The notes below the pieces were generated by a model. That model did not search any database. It was not told the origin of the DNA and worked only from the letters and a program-made list of their open reading frames with translations. Source: Nitrospirota bacterium (GTDB lineage Bacteria > Nitrospirota > UBA9217). From it: a stretch of DNA of 64,000 bases. Location: positions 1,152,001-1,216,000 of the forward strand of contig CAWJQQ010000009.1 of NCBI GenBank assembly GCA_963845065.1. Direction: 5' to 3'. Positions 40,078 to 50,056 of the stretch are shown piece by piece. The position numbers and the translations under genes were made by a program. Numbering within the stretch: the stretch's first letter is position 1; every line of letters starts with the position of its first letter.

Positions 40078-40620
40078 TTATAATTCTTCTATGGTGATTT
40101 CCTTGTTTGTATAGATGCAAATGTCACCGGCTATCCGCAAGGACTCCTCCACGATTGACCGCGCGTCGAGCGATGTGTGCTTCATAAGCGCCTGGGCAGC
40201 TGCGAAGGCGTAGGGACCGCCGGAGCCGATTGCCAGAATGCCCTGTTCCGGTTCAATCACGTCGCCGTTCCCGGAGAGGATAAAGGACCGTTCATTATCT
40301 GCAACAATCATCAGGGCTTCTAGTCTCCGGAGGACTCTGTCCGTTCTCCAGTCCTTGGCCAGTTCCACTGCTGCACGTGTCAGATTACCATGGTACTGCT
40401 CGAGTTTGGCCTCAAATTTCTCGAACAGTGTAAATGCGTCGGCTGTCGCACCCGCGAATCCAGCAATGACCTTGTCATTGAACATCTTTCGCACTTTTTT
40501 CGCATTGTGCTTCATTACCGTGCTACCAACCGTCACCTGACCGTCGCCAGCAATCGCCGATTTACCATTCCGTCTCACGGAAAGGATCGTTGTCCCATGC
40601 GAGGGCATTATATCTCCCAT
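40078..40620 (-). CDS. hslV: HslUV protease subunit
   Basis: [22 protein letters not shown]; start reassigned after SD GGGAGG. Confidence 0.97.
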   Translation of the reverse strand: MGDIMPSHGTTILSVRRNGKSAIAGDGQVTVGSTVMKHNAKKVRKMFNDKVIAGFAGATADAFTLFEKFEAKLEQYHGNLTRAAVELAKDWRTDRVLRRLEALMIVADNERSFILSGNGDVIEPEQGILAIGSGGPYAFAAAQALMKHTSLDARSIVEESLRIAGDICIYTNKEITIEEL

Positions 40621-40734
40621 GATGCCTCCCTGTTGAAGAACTATGCATGATGCCAGGTCCATGACGCATCAGTCTGCATTTTTATGCTATATGCTTCACC
40701 GTGCATAATTCAGGTGACCCGCTCTGCGGGATTG

Positions 40735-41622
40735 CTATTTTTTCCTCGCCCTTGGATGGGCCTTGTCGTAGGTTTCCATGAGCGAATCGAGATTGAGATG
40801 AGTATACCGCTGCGTCGTAGAAAGGCTCGCGTGTCCGAGAAGTTCTTGGATTGCCCGCAGATCAGCTCCGGATTCAAGTAAATGTGTTGCAAAGCTATGA
40901 CGCAGTGTATGCGGGCTGGCTTTCTGGGTCAGGCCAAGTGATTTTCTATAATTTTCTAAAATACGCTGAACTGTGCGCGCTGTCAAGCGTTTTCCAGACG
41001 GACCCGTAAAGATTGCAGCAGCGTCCTTATGGTTTCTTTTGCTGTTGAGGTATGAATCGACTGCATCAAGTGCCTTCTGACCAATAGGTACGATCCGCTC
41101 TTTGCGCCCTTTGCCCCTGATGCGGACGAGCCGGTCAGTCCGATCTATGTCGTCACGGTTCATGCCGGTGAGTTCGCTAGCCCGGATTCCGGTCGAGTAG
41201 AGTGTTTCGAGGACCGCCCGATCACGGAAAATCGTATCGCGATCGTCGTGTGTCGTTGTGCTTGGCGCTTCCATAAGTCGCTGCGCGTCGTCTACAGTCA
41301 ACACGGCGGGAAGCCTTTTTTCCCGGCGAGGCGTGGTCAAGAGTCTTGCGGGATTGCCGGCAAGAATGCCTTCACGGTTCAGATATTTGAAAAAAGATCT
41401 GATAGCAGACAGCTTGCGTGCGATCGATGATTTCTTCGTTTTGTTTTTCATGAGATGAGCAATGAATTGCCGGAGCATCTGGTGGTCGATTTCAGTTGCG
41501 TCCTTGCCATCCAGGAAGTCGGTAAACTGCTCCAAGTCTGAGAGATAGCTCCTTTCGGTATGGAAAGAAGCGTTTTTTTCGCTCTTGAGGTAATGAATGA
41601 AATCGAAGATATACTTCCGCAT
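40735..41622 (-). CDS. xerC: Tyrosine recombinase XerC
   Basis: RD.A..E.LYS.G.R, HTLRHSFATHLL, LGH.SL.TTQ.Y; topA-xerC-hslVU synteny. Confidence 0.9.
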   Translation of the reverse strand: MRKYIFDFIHYLKSEKNASFHTERSYLSDLEQFTDFLDGKDATEIDHQMLRQFIAHLMKNKTKKSSIARKLSAIRSFFKYLNREGILAGNPARLLTTPRREKRLPAVLTVDDAQRLMEAPSTTTHDDRDTIFRDRAVLETLYSTGIRASELTGMNRDDIDRTDRLVRIRGKGRKERIVPIGQKALDAVDSYLNSKRNHKDAAAIFTGPSGKRLTARTVQRILENYRKSLGLTQKASPHTLRHSFATHLLESGADLRAIQELLGHASLSTTQRYTHLNLDSLMETYDKAHPRARKK

Positions 41623-41739
41623 GCTGGTACTTTATCGCAAGAGGCGGGAATTTGCAAGGTGTTCCCCATGCTTGGTGCGTATTAAAAGATATGCTGAACG
41701 ACATTGCCTGCGTCAACGAGTGATTTTTGCGAGTTGCGA

Positions 41740-44037
41740 TCAGACTTTAGCCGTCTTATCTTCGGTCAGTAACGCCTGATCCTCAATCTTCGGCTCTTCT
41801 TTGTATCCGCAGTCTTTCTTCAAGCAGGTGATTGAGATGCCGGTCTTCTTTGAGTATTTTTCCACGAGGAAGGGCGCATTACACTGCGGGCAGGGTCGGG
41901 GTAGGGGTTTGTTCCAGATTGCGAACTTGCAATTGGGGTAGTTGGCGCAGGAATAGAACATTTTCCCGAAGCGAGAACGCCGCTCAACAAGCTTGCCGCC
42001 GTCTTCAGGGCAAAGTACGCCCGTAGACATTCCTTGAGTATACTTGCACTCCGGGTAGCGTGAACAGGCAAGAAACTTTCCAAACCGGCCTCGTTTAATC
42101 ATCATGGCGGCGTTGCACTTTGGACATTTCTCGTCAGACGTTTCTTCCGGCGTAGCCTCCACCACCCCGTTCTCGTTTCGTACAAAGGGCTTGGTGGTTT
42201 TGCAATCGGGATACCCGCTGCAGGCGAGGAACTGGCCGTTCCTGCCCCACTTGACCACCATGGGCTTTCCGCATTTTTCACAGGCAATGTCGGTAGGTGT
42301 TTGCTCGGCCTTGAAGTCCTTCATCTCAGCCTGGGCTTTTTCGAGGCTTTCGCTAAATGGTTTGTAAAAGATTTTTACCGCTTCTACCCAAGGCATCTTG
42401 CCTTCTTCTATTTGATCGAGGTCCTCTTCCATTTTGGCAGTGAAAGCAACATCCATGACCACCGGGAAATGGCTGACAAGGAGGTCGTTCACGAGAACCC
42501 CCAGTTCAGTAGGACGAAACTTATTCTCAATCTTGTTCACATAGTCGCGTTCTTGGATGGTCGAAATAATCGCTGCATAGGTGCTCGGCCTGCCGATGCC
42601 CTTTTCTTCCAGGGTTTTTACAAGCAATGCTTCAGAAAACCGTGGCGGCGGTTGAGTGAAGTGCTGCTTGGGATCCAGCTGGACGAGGGTAAGTTTTTCA
42701 CCTTCGTTCAGGGGCGGCAAGACAGCTTCTCCATTCTCTTCTTCCGACGAGGTTTGGTCCTCAGACTTCTCTTCCAAATATACGGCCATGAAACCCTGGA
42801 ATTTTACGATAGATCCGGTTGCTCTAAACATGTAATCGTTTGCCTTGACATCGACCGATGTTTGGTCGATGATTGCAGGGTTCATCTGGCTTGCCACGAA
42901 GCGGTTCCAGATGAGCTTATAGAGTTTATACTGGTCAGGTACGAGATATTGTTTTATAGTTTCGGGTTCGCGCAATACCGAAGTAGGCCTGACAGCCTCA
43001 TGTGCTTCTTGGGCTGACTTGGCACTGGCGTAGACGGGTGGTTTTTCAGGCAGATAATCTTTGCCGAATTTATTCACGATGAATTCTCGGGCATCGTCCT
43101 GCGCTTCTTTGCCAACGCGGGTCGAGTCGGTCCTCATGTACGTAATAAGACCGACAGTCCCTTCTTTGCCGAGATCGACGCCTTCGTAGAGTGACTGGGC
43201 AATGCCCATTGTCCTCTTAGATGTGAAGCCGAGCTTACGGCCGCCTTCCTGCTGGAGCTTGCTCGTCGTGAAGGGCGGAACCGGGTTACGCCGCCGCTCT
43301 TTCTTGTCAATTTTGGAAACAATATAGGTTGCGCCCTGGAGGTCAACAATGACCTTTTGCGCTTCTTCATTGTTCTTGACTTTGAGCTTCTCTTCGTCTT
43401 TTTTAAAAAGTTTTGCCTCAAACTGCGGCGGTAGTTTTCCTTCGAGCAGGGCTGTAATCGACCAGAACTCTTCCGGCACGAAAGCTTTTATCTCTTCTTC
43501 ACGCTCGCAGATCAATCGCAGGGCCACGGACTGTACTCGACCTGCCGAGAGCCCGCGCCGCACTTTTTTCCAGAGAATGGGGCTGATCTGGTAGCCCACG
43601 AGGCGGTCAAGAACGCGTCGCGCCTGCTGGGCGTCAACTTTGTTTATATCGATCTTTCCGGGATGTTCTATGGATTGAAGAATCGCTTTTTTTGTTATTT
43701 CATTGAAGAGTACGCGGTACACCTCAGTGGTTTTGGCGCTTCCTGAAAGGACCTCGGCGACGTGGAATGCGATGGCCTCGCCCTCACGGTCCGGGTCTGT
43801 TGCGAGGAGGATGCGATCTGCTTTTTTTGCGGCGGATTTGAGCTCTTTAACGACCGGACCCTTGCCCTTGATCTGGATGTAGCTCGGCTCGAAGTTATTT
43901 TCGATGTCTACACCGAGTTTGCTCTTGGGCAGATCCATGATGTGACCAACTGAGGCTTTGACCGTATAGTCCTTGCCAAGATACTTGGCGATGGTCTTTG
44001 CCTTCGCGGGCGACTCAACTATGACGAGTGATTTCAT
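41740..44037 (-). CDS. topA: DNA topoisomerase I
   Basis: LVIVESPAKAKTI, DPDREGE, SAGRVQS, ITYMRTD, C-terminal zinc ribbons. Confidence 0.98.
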   Translation of the reverse strand: MKSLVIVESPAKAKTIAKYLGKDYTVKASVGHIMDLPKSKLGVDIENNFEPSYIQIKGKGPVVKELKSAAKKADRILLATDPDREGEAIAFHVAEVLSGSAKTTEVYRVLFNEITKKAILQSIEHPGKIDINKVDAQQARRVLDRLVGYQISPILWKKVRRGLSAGRVQSVALRLICEREEEIKAFVPEEFWSITALLEGKLPPQFEAKLFKKDEEKLKVKNNEEAQKVIVDLQGATYIVSKIDKKERRRNPVPPFTTSKLQQEGGRKLGFTSKRTMGIAQSLYEGVDLGKEGTVGLITYMRTDSTRVGKEAQDDAREFIVNKFGKDYLPEKPPVYASAKSAQEAHEAVRPTSVLREPETIKQYLVPDQYKLYKLIWNRFVASQMNPAIIDQTSVDVKANDYMFRATGSIVKFQGFMAVYLEEKSEDQTSSEEENGEAVLPPLNEGEKLTLVQLDPKQHFTQPPPRFSEALLVKTLEEKGIGRPSTYAAIISTIQERDYVNKIENKFRPTELGVLVNDLLVSHFPVVMDVAFTAKMEEDLDQIEEGKMPWVEAVKIFYKPFSESLEKAQAEMKDFKAEQTPTDIACEKCGKPMVVKWGRNGQFLACSGYPDCKTTKPFVRNENGVVEATPEETSDEKCPKCNAAMMIKRGRFGKFLACSRYPECKYTQGMSTGVLCPEDGGKLVERRSRFGKMFYSCANYPNCKFAIWNKPLPRPCPQCNAPFLVEKYSKKTGISITCLKKDCGYKEEPKIEDQALLTEDKTAKV

Positions 44038-44146
44038 TCTGATAAACCTTAAAACCTTTTATAAGCAAGAGTGTATTCTGCAAATTAAATAGGAATACTC
44101 TCCTCTGGCCATCAATTTATTCGCGTTCCCCTAGAAAATGAGTTCC

Positions 44147-44620
44147 TCAGTTCCAGGCTGTCGTCCTAATCTGGCGAATAATGATCTTGTCGTTCGCAAT
44201 GCTTTCATGATGAGGAGCAAAGAGTGTAAAAGCTATCAGGGTTTTGATATGGTCCAGCTCTATCCGTTCTGTGTAAACTGTCATGGCCCGTTCTAGTAGT
44301 TCTTCGCACTGGTCTCCTGATATGATTCCGAGGTGCGTGAGCTTTGTAACAAAACCGAAGGCATCAATGGTGAAACGCTCGCGCTCTTCCCTGTTCATCG
44401 CCCGCAAACCAGATGATGGTATGTCTGCCGGGGCAAATAACTCTTCAGACTGCTTTTGCACGAGGGTTTGCATGAGCGTCAATGCCGCGTCCGCTTCATG
44501 AAGCCGATATCCATCGTTCAGCAAAGCCTGCATGATCTTTCCCTCTTCATCAAAGAGTTCCTGTCTGTTCTGCACCTGGTCTGCAATAAGCGAGAACAAG
44601 TGCATCATCCGTACGTCCAC
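44147..44620 (-). CDS. Smg/DUF494-like protein
   Basis: LRAMN.EERERF..DA.GF...L...GII pattern; position upstream of topA. Confidence 0.7.
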   Translation of the reverse strand: MDVRMMHLFSLIADQVQNRQELFDEEGKIMQALLNDGYRLHEADAALTLMQTLVQKQSEELFAPADIPSSGLRAMNREERERFTIDAFGFVTKLTHLGIISGDQCEELLERAMTVYTERIELDHIKTLIAFTLFAPHHESIANDKIIIRQIRTTAWN

Positions 44621-44729
44621 ACTGTACTCCTATCATACCGCAAGTCACGCTTTCGAAAGAGTCATACGAAAAAAAATAACGCTTTCATTGCAGCAGGTAA
44701 CTATGCGGTCGTTCTTTATATTCTACTTG

Positions 44730-45140
44730 TATAAAATACTTCCCTAGGAGACGTTTTGCAAGCCCTTTCGATTTGAGAACGAGCAGGACGCCATTCAGCA
44801 TTCCCTGTGAGATGCATCTTTCGATCATGATCCTGTCAATAATGTGACTTGATTCATTTACTACGCAAAAAAACACGGTTCCAACTCCTTGTGTGAACAC
44901 CGTAAGAGTGTGTCTATTCGTTATGACTGAGCTGGACCGGCTTTTGCCACCGAATCCGCTCAGAATGTTCCAAGTGCGTTACTCGAAAATCGTGCCTTGT
45001 TTGAATACTGTATATATATACCCCGGCTTGTCGGCGTGATTGTAGATCGCCGCGGCCTGCGCCGAGTCTATGCTCTGTAGAGCCGAAGGGGTCGATGAGT
45101 CTTTTGAAAACCGTTCTGTCCACGCCGGGAGAGCTTCCTT
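44730..45140 (-). pseudogene. dprA: dprA relic (N-terminal and winged-helix ends only)
   Basis: PGVDRTVFKRLIDPFGS.E..LGA...DL (N-term-like) and HIIDRI.....L.GVLL.LK.KGL.KRL.GKYF (C-term-like); dprA-smg-topA synteny. Confidence 0.7.
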
Positions 45141-45359
45141 TTCTTATCGACTACAGAATAGTTCCCGGTGTGTTTTTCATCAGACGGTTCGTCGCTTCGC
45201 GTTTTGGCTTTTTTGCACTTAGGGTCGAAATTATACAGACTCACAGGAGATAGTCAAGTTTTTTTTTGCAGTCCTGTTCTAAGTGTGCTATTTTAAGGTC
45301 ATCATTTCACCATGATTGCAAAAACGTGCTACGGTAACGAATGTGATCAGGAAATCGGC

Positions 45360-45962
45360 ATGGCGCAGATTATAAAAGCGGTTCTCTTTGATTTCGGCGG
45401 TGTCATAGCAGAAGAGGGGTTTTTTGAGGGGCTGCAGGCTATTGGGGGAAAAAACGGGCTCGATCCAAAAGAGTTCTTTAGAATTGTTGATTCTCTTATA
45501 TATGAGACGGGATATCTCATCGGGACTGCTGGTGAAGCAGAGTTCTGGAATGCCGTCAGGAACAGGACCGGAATTACGGACGATGATGAATCGCTGAAAA
45601 GGGAAATTCTTTGCAGATTTGTGATCAGGCCTGATATGCTCTCAGATGCCGACACTCTGAGGAGCCGCGGCATGAAAGTCGCAATGCTGAGCGACCAAAC
45701 CAACTGGCTTGATGAAATCAATGAAAGTACATTGCTGTTTCAGCATTTCGACTGGGTCTTTAATTCCTACCATATCCACAAGAGTAAGCGCGATGAGTCG
45801 GTATTTGTTGATGTCTGTTCAGCACTCGGCACACTGCGTGAACAAACGCTTTTCATTGATGACAATATCAACCATATCATCCGTGCTCAACGCCAAGGAT
45901 TACAGACAATCCATTTCGTTACGAGGAAGGATTTCGAAATGCGACTGCGTGATTATATGTAA
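45360..45962 (+). CDS. HAD-family phosphatase
   Basis: FDFGGV, LS(D), K, FIDD motifs. Confidence 0.88.
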   Translation: MAQIIKAVLFDFGGVIAEEGFFEGLQAIGGKNGLDPKEFFRIVDSLIYETGYLIGTAGEAEFWNAVRNRTGITDDDESLKREILCRFVIRPDMLSDADTLRSRGMKVAMLSDQTNWLDEINESTLLFQHFDWVFNSYHIHKSKRDESVFVDVCSALGTLREQTLFIDDNINHIIRAQRQGLQTIHFVTRKDFEMRLRDYM

Positions 45963-46007
45963 TGAAGGATCGAAGGACAGGGTGGAACTGTCGCCAAAAG
46001 GAGAGCT

Positions 46008-46601
46008 ATGAAGGTAATCGCATTTAACGGCAGTCCGAGAAAGGGAGGCAACACAGAGATACTTCTCGTCGAGTCCATAAGGGGTGTTAACGACCAGGGC
46101 GGCGATGTGACGACATACAACCTTGATTCGCTTAATCTTCGTCCGTGCCTCAACTGCGGCAAATGCGACAACGAAGGGCTTTGTGTAGTCAAGGACGATA
46201 TGCAGACGATTCACCAGGCAATCCGGAGTGCAGACAGGATTATTGTTTCTTCTCCCATTTTTTTCTTCAGCGTGAGCGCCCAGATCAAAATCATGATAGA
46301 CAGATGCCAGGCTTTTTGGGCAGAGAAATACGTGCATAAAAAACCGGTCCCTCCGGGTACGTTCGGACGCAAAGGGTTGCTGCTGCTGGTCGGTGGAATG
46401 AAAAAAAATGAGAGGAATGTAGGATTTCAATGCGCAGAAGCGACTGTACGGGCATTTTTCCGGACCATTAATGTTCAGGAACACGTCACCCTGGCATTTG
46501 ATGCCATTGATAAGAAGGGCGCAATCAAAGACCATCCAATGGCATTGCACGATGCCTATGAGGAAGGGAAAAGGCTGGTTACTTTAAATGTCACATCCTA
46601 G
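46008..46601 (+). CDS. Iron-sulfur flavoprotein / FMN reductase family
   Basis: GSPRKGGNT, CxxCxxC...C, SPIFF...KIMIDR. Confidence 0.9.
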   Translation: MKVIAFNGSPRKGGNTEILLVESIRGVNDQGGDVTTYNLDSLNLRPCLNCGKCDNEGLCVVKDDMQTIHQAIRSADRIIVSSPIFFFSVSAQIKIMIDRCQAFWAEKYVHKKPVPPGTFGRKGLLLLVGGMKKNERNVGFQCAEATVRAFFRTINVQEHVTLAFDAIDKKGAIKDHPMALHDAYEEGKRLVTLNVTS

Positions 46602-46793
46602 GCAGGAAGAACCCGAACGATAAGGCATTTCACATAAAGTCGCAAAAGTTCAAAACTTAGAATTGCTGCGTCTTGCGTGGCTGGTTTGCGTCTGCTTTTT
46701 GGCAACGTCAGTTTGCAGATTAGGCTAATGCTGCCAACTCGACTGACCAACCCATTCTTTGTAACCATGGGGAGAGGCCAGTTTTCATATCTG

Positions 46794-47342
46794 CTAAAGC
46801 CCCAGTGCTTTGCGCGCCAATTCTACCAGTCCGAACACCTTAAGGTCAACGAGTGTGTTTTTTTTCTGGGATTCGCTGAGGAAGTCCTGCGCCGTTCGCA
46901 GCGGGACCTCGATGACCTCGATGATCTCGTTATCATCACCGCCACTTTTGCCTACGTGCTCCAACTCGGTGCAAAGATAAGCCCGGAGAGCCTCAGTGGA
47001 TGCTCCCGTCGATATAGGTCCTTCGGCGAGGAAATCAAGCTTTCCTGCCGACCATCCTGTCTCTTCAATCAGTTCTCGTTTTGCTGCGACTTCCATTGAT
47101 TCATTTGACTCGACAAGACCAGCCGGGAGTTCGATGACGTCTCGGCCAACCGGTGGTCTGAACTGCTTTTCGAGAATGACGTTGCCAGTCGGTGTGACCG
47201 CAACCATCACGACGATGCCGCCGACACCCACACGCTCGAGAGCTTCCCAGGTACGCACGATGCCACGCGCATCGCGGTAGGTGATTTCTACGGCGCTCAT
47301 GAATTTACCCTTCCAAACGATTTTTTTGCTAATGACTTCCAT
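46794..47342 (-). CDS. NUDIX hydrolase (ADP-ribose pyrophosphatase-like)
   Basis: QFRPP, ELPAGL.E..E....AAKRELIEETG. Confidence 0.92.
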   Translation of the reverse strand: MEVISKKIVWKGKFMSAVEITYRDARGIVRTWEALERVGVGGIVVMVAVTPTGNVILEKQFRPPVGRDVIELPAGLVESNESMEVAAKRELIEETGWSAGKLDFLAEGPISTGASTEALRAYLCTELEHVGKSGGDDNEIIEVIEVPLRTAQDFLSESQKKNTLVDLKVFGLVELARKALGL

Positions 47343-47476
47343 GATAAAATTTATAGAGTGTAATCCGAAGGTAATAGGAATGTCAAGGTACGGACAGTGT
47401 TGGTCAAAAGTAAAACTTCTGACGCTATCTGCGTCTCCCTATATTCTGCCTAGTGCTCGATACTTGCATTTTTTAC

Positions 47477-49163
47477 CAAACTATCCGCAGAAAGCCCCTG
47501 GTTTTAACCATGGGGATGAATGCGGGAACTTTGTTTTTCGGCAATTAATAGCCAAATGTACATCTATGTGGTATATTTGAGCAACCAATGCCTCGTAAAC
47601 GTAAACCTAAAACCCCATCTTTTGTTCACGAGTTCCAACTCGTAGTGACTCCAAAAGACAATCGAATGCTTAATGTCCGACTCGAAGCTGGTCGTTATCT
47701 ATATAATGCCTGTCTTGGTGAAGCGATGAAACGTCTTGCCGCCATGCGTAGCTCTAAAAAATGGCGTTCAGCGATCAAGAAGAAAAAGAGCAAGCTACGC
47801 ACTAAAATGTTCAAGACAGCCAGAAACATAGCTGAATATACCGAATACCATCTCCATGATTATGTCGGGAGCCTCCGCAATTCGTGCTGGATCGGAGACC
47901 ATATTGACAGCCTGGCCGCCCAAAAGATAGCATCTCGAGCATATAGCGCCGTCTCCGACTACGAGTTCGGGAAGCATGGGAAACCACGGTTCAAGCGTCG
48001 TGGCTGGATGTCTTCGCTCGAAGGCAAAAACAACAAGTCTGGTATTCGGTGGTGCGATGACCATGTTGAATGGTCTGGACTTAGCCTTACCTGTGTCTTC
48101 GACAAAAAAGACAAGTTTGGCGTTCAGGCACATGCGCTTAGCCATGATGTTAAATATGTTCGTTTGGTGAAGAAAACCATCTGCGGCAACGCCTGCTGGT
48201 TCGCCCAACTCGTGCTTAAAGGCACGGCCAGGATCAAGCGTGAAAATATGATCGGCACCGAAACTGTCGGCCTTGATATTGGTCCATCCACGGGTGCTAT
48301 CGTTAGCGATACCGATGCGTTGCTCGTAGCATTTTGTCCGGAAGTCGAGGTTCCGTACAAACAAATCCGCGTGGTTCAGCGTAAGATGGCCAGAAGCCTG
48401 AGGGCTACCAACCCGGACAACTACAACGAAGACGGCACGACTAAGACTGGTGCCGGCAAGGGTAAAAAGCGGTGGATATTCTCTGCTAAATACCGTGCGC
48501 TTAAGGCTGAACTAGCCGAGCTACAGCGAGTTTTGGCTGAAACCAGAAAACGGGCTCATGGCACGTTAGCCAATGAAATTCTTAAGCTCGGAACCAACAT
48601 AAAGACCGAGAAACTGTCGTACAGAGCATTCCAGAAACTCTATGGTAAAAGTATTTCAAGACGCGCTCCGGGGATGTTTATTTCGATGCTTCGCCGCAAA
48701 GCCGAAAACGCTGGCGGTAAAGTAACTGAATTTTCTACCCGGAGCACGAAGCTTTCAGAGACATGCCACTGCGGGGAAGTCGCCAAAAAACCGCTATCCC
48801 AAAGATGGCATGACTGTAACTGCGGGGTAAACACTCAACGCGATCTCTACTCCGCATATCTTGCAAAATATGTTTTTGAAAATGTCCTCGACACGCGTCA
48901 AGCCGCAGCAGCTTGGCCGGGTGCAAACCTGCTCCTGGAACGGGCGGTGTTGAGGGTGCAGCTTGAAGCGGCAAATGGTCGGATTCATCCGGCCAGCTTC
49001 GGTATTAACAACATGAGAGCCAACACCACGAACCGGAGACAGAGTTGCTTGCCCGTTAAAAACGGATCAACGATAGTCGATGCCGGCAACGTCTGTATTG
49101 TTGCCGAAAAGCCTGTCGGTATTGCCGTTAGAACCCCCTGTCTTTAGACATGGGGTAGGTCAG
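47477..49163 (+). mobile_element. IS200/IS605-family tnpB-only element with IS608-like ends
   Basis: Left: TTAC|CAAA..AAAG-CCCCTGGTTTTAACCATGGGG. Right: GAAC-CCCCTGTCTTTAGACATGGGG-TAGG-TCAG|. No tnpA. Confidence 0.92.
47588..49147 (+). CDS. tnpB: RNA-guided endonuclease TnpB
   Basis: RuvC-I GLDIG, RuvC-II KTEKL, zinc finger CHC...CNC, RuvC-III RDLYSA all present. Confidence 0.92.
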   Translation: MPRKRKPKTPSFVHEFQLVVTPKDNRMLNVRLEAGRYLYNACLGEAMKRLAAMRSSKKWRSAIKKKKSKLRTKMFKTARNIAEYTEYHLHDYVGSLRNSCWIGDHIDSLAAQKIASRAYSAVSDYEFGKHGKPRFKRRGWMSSLEGKNNKSGIRWCDDHVEWSGLSLTCVFDKKDKFGVQAHALSHDVKYVRLVKKTICGNACWFAQLVLKGTARIKRENMIGTETVGLDIGPSTGAIVSDTDALLVAFCPEVEVPYKQIRVVQRKMARSLRATNPDNYNEDGTTKTGAGKGKKRWIFSAKYRALKAELAELQRVLAETRKRAHGTLANEILKLGTNIKTEKLSYRAFQKLYGKSISRRAPGMFISMLRRKAENAGGKVTEFSTRSTKLSETCHCGEVAKKPLSQRWHDCNCGVNTQRDLYSAYLAKYVFENVLDTRQAAAAWPGANLLLERAVLRVQLEAANGRIHPASFGINNMRANTTNRRQSCLPVKNGSTIVDAGNVCIVAEKPVGIAVRTPCL

Positions 49164-49774
49164 AGCCACTTTCTCAAGTCCAAAGTCAGGGCAGCAGGAA
49201 TGATCGTGTCGACTTCACGGATCCGCTTACGGCCCGCTTTCTGGAACATAGCTTTTTGCAATTCTTTTTCTTCATCATAATGGTCGAAGATGGGAAAATC
49301 AGCCTCTGGGATGTCTTTAGTGAAATAACCGCACCCTTCGAGCCGGACTGCGCGACGCGGGCCGCGGATAGTTGGACCGAATATGCGGCAGATGTGCGGC
49401 CGTTGATTGTAGATCAGGCATGCGCCGTTGTCATCAAGGGCCGGGCATTGCATTTTAGCCGATCGGCGTGAAATAGAGTCGATAGCGGGCAGAGATTTGA
49501 GCAGCGGATCTTTCCGTGAAAAGGCTTTTTTCTTCTCCAAGATGTCGAGCTGTTCATTAGCCTTTGAAATCACACGATTCCTAATGTCTACAGAAACATC
49601 TTTCAACGCTGCCCGAATATGGATGGCATCTAGGAGCGTGATGTCGAAGAATCCTACCGAACAGCATTCATTGCAGCCGCGCTTGCAGCCTACACCGTGT
49701 TTTCTCGTTGCCTCACGAAATTTGTCACTGGATTTTTCAAGGAATTTTGCGTATTTTTTAACAATTCGTTGCAT
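49160..49774 (-). CDS. YkgJ-family cysteine-cluster protein
   Basis: CxxGCxxCC and CPAL....CLIY..RP.ICR.FG. Confidence 0.88.
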   Translation of the reverse strand: MQRIVKKYAKFLEKSSDKFREATRKHGVGCKRGCNECCSVGFFDITLLDAIHIRAALKDVSVDIRNRVISKANEQLDILEKKKAFSRKDPLLKSLPAIDSISRRSAKMQCPALDDNGACLIYNQRPHICRIFGPTIRGPRRAVRLEGCGYFTKDIPEADFPIFDHYDEEKELQKAMFQKAGRKRIREVDTIIPAALTLDLRKWL

Positions 49775-49822
49775 TCAGATGGCACCTTCCAGAGAACAGT
49801 AGATAGAAAAACACAGTAAGGA

Positions 49823-49851
49823 ATTATAGGGGTTGGGGGGCTATTTGTCAA
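49823..49851 (-). promoter_or_regulatory. Perfect-consensus sigma70 promoter
   Basis: TTGACA-N17-TATAAT on the minus strand upstream of the YkgJ gene. Confidence 0.8.
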
Positions 49852-50056
49852 TAAGAAGCATCGTCGATAAGATTTCTGGAGGCATGAGGTATGAAAGCTG
49901 GGGGGTTCGGTCTCCGGTGTGCACTGTCGAAGCAGACCTGCGGTACACTATAAACTACGGGAGTTTTAGACAGTCCCTTAACAACGTTGCGGAACGTATA
50001 AAATGTTTTATGCTGATTCTCTATGGAGGCATTTAGCCTTCAGGATTGTTGCCTCT

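Noticed and set aside
40735..41622. Tyrosine recombinase as the prophage integrase
   Set aside because: Sits in the conserved topA-xerC-hslVU context, 21 kb from the prophage.
46680..46720. c-di-GMP-I-like motif on minus strand (GCAAAC...ACGCAAA)
   Set aside because: P2 stem poor; lies between convergent genes.
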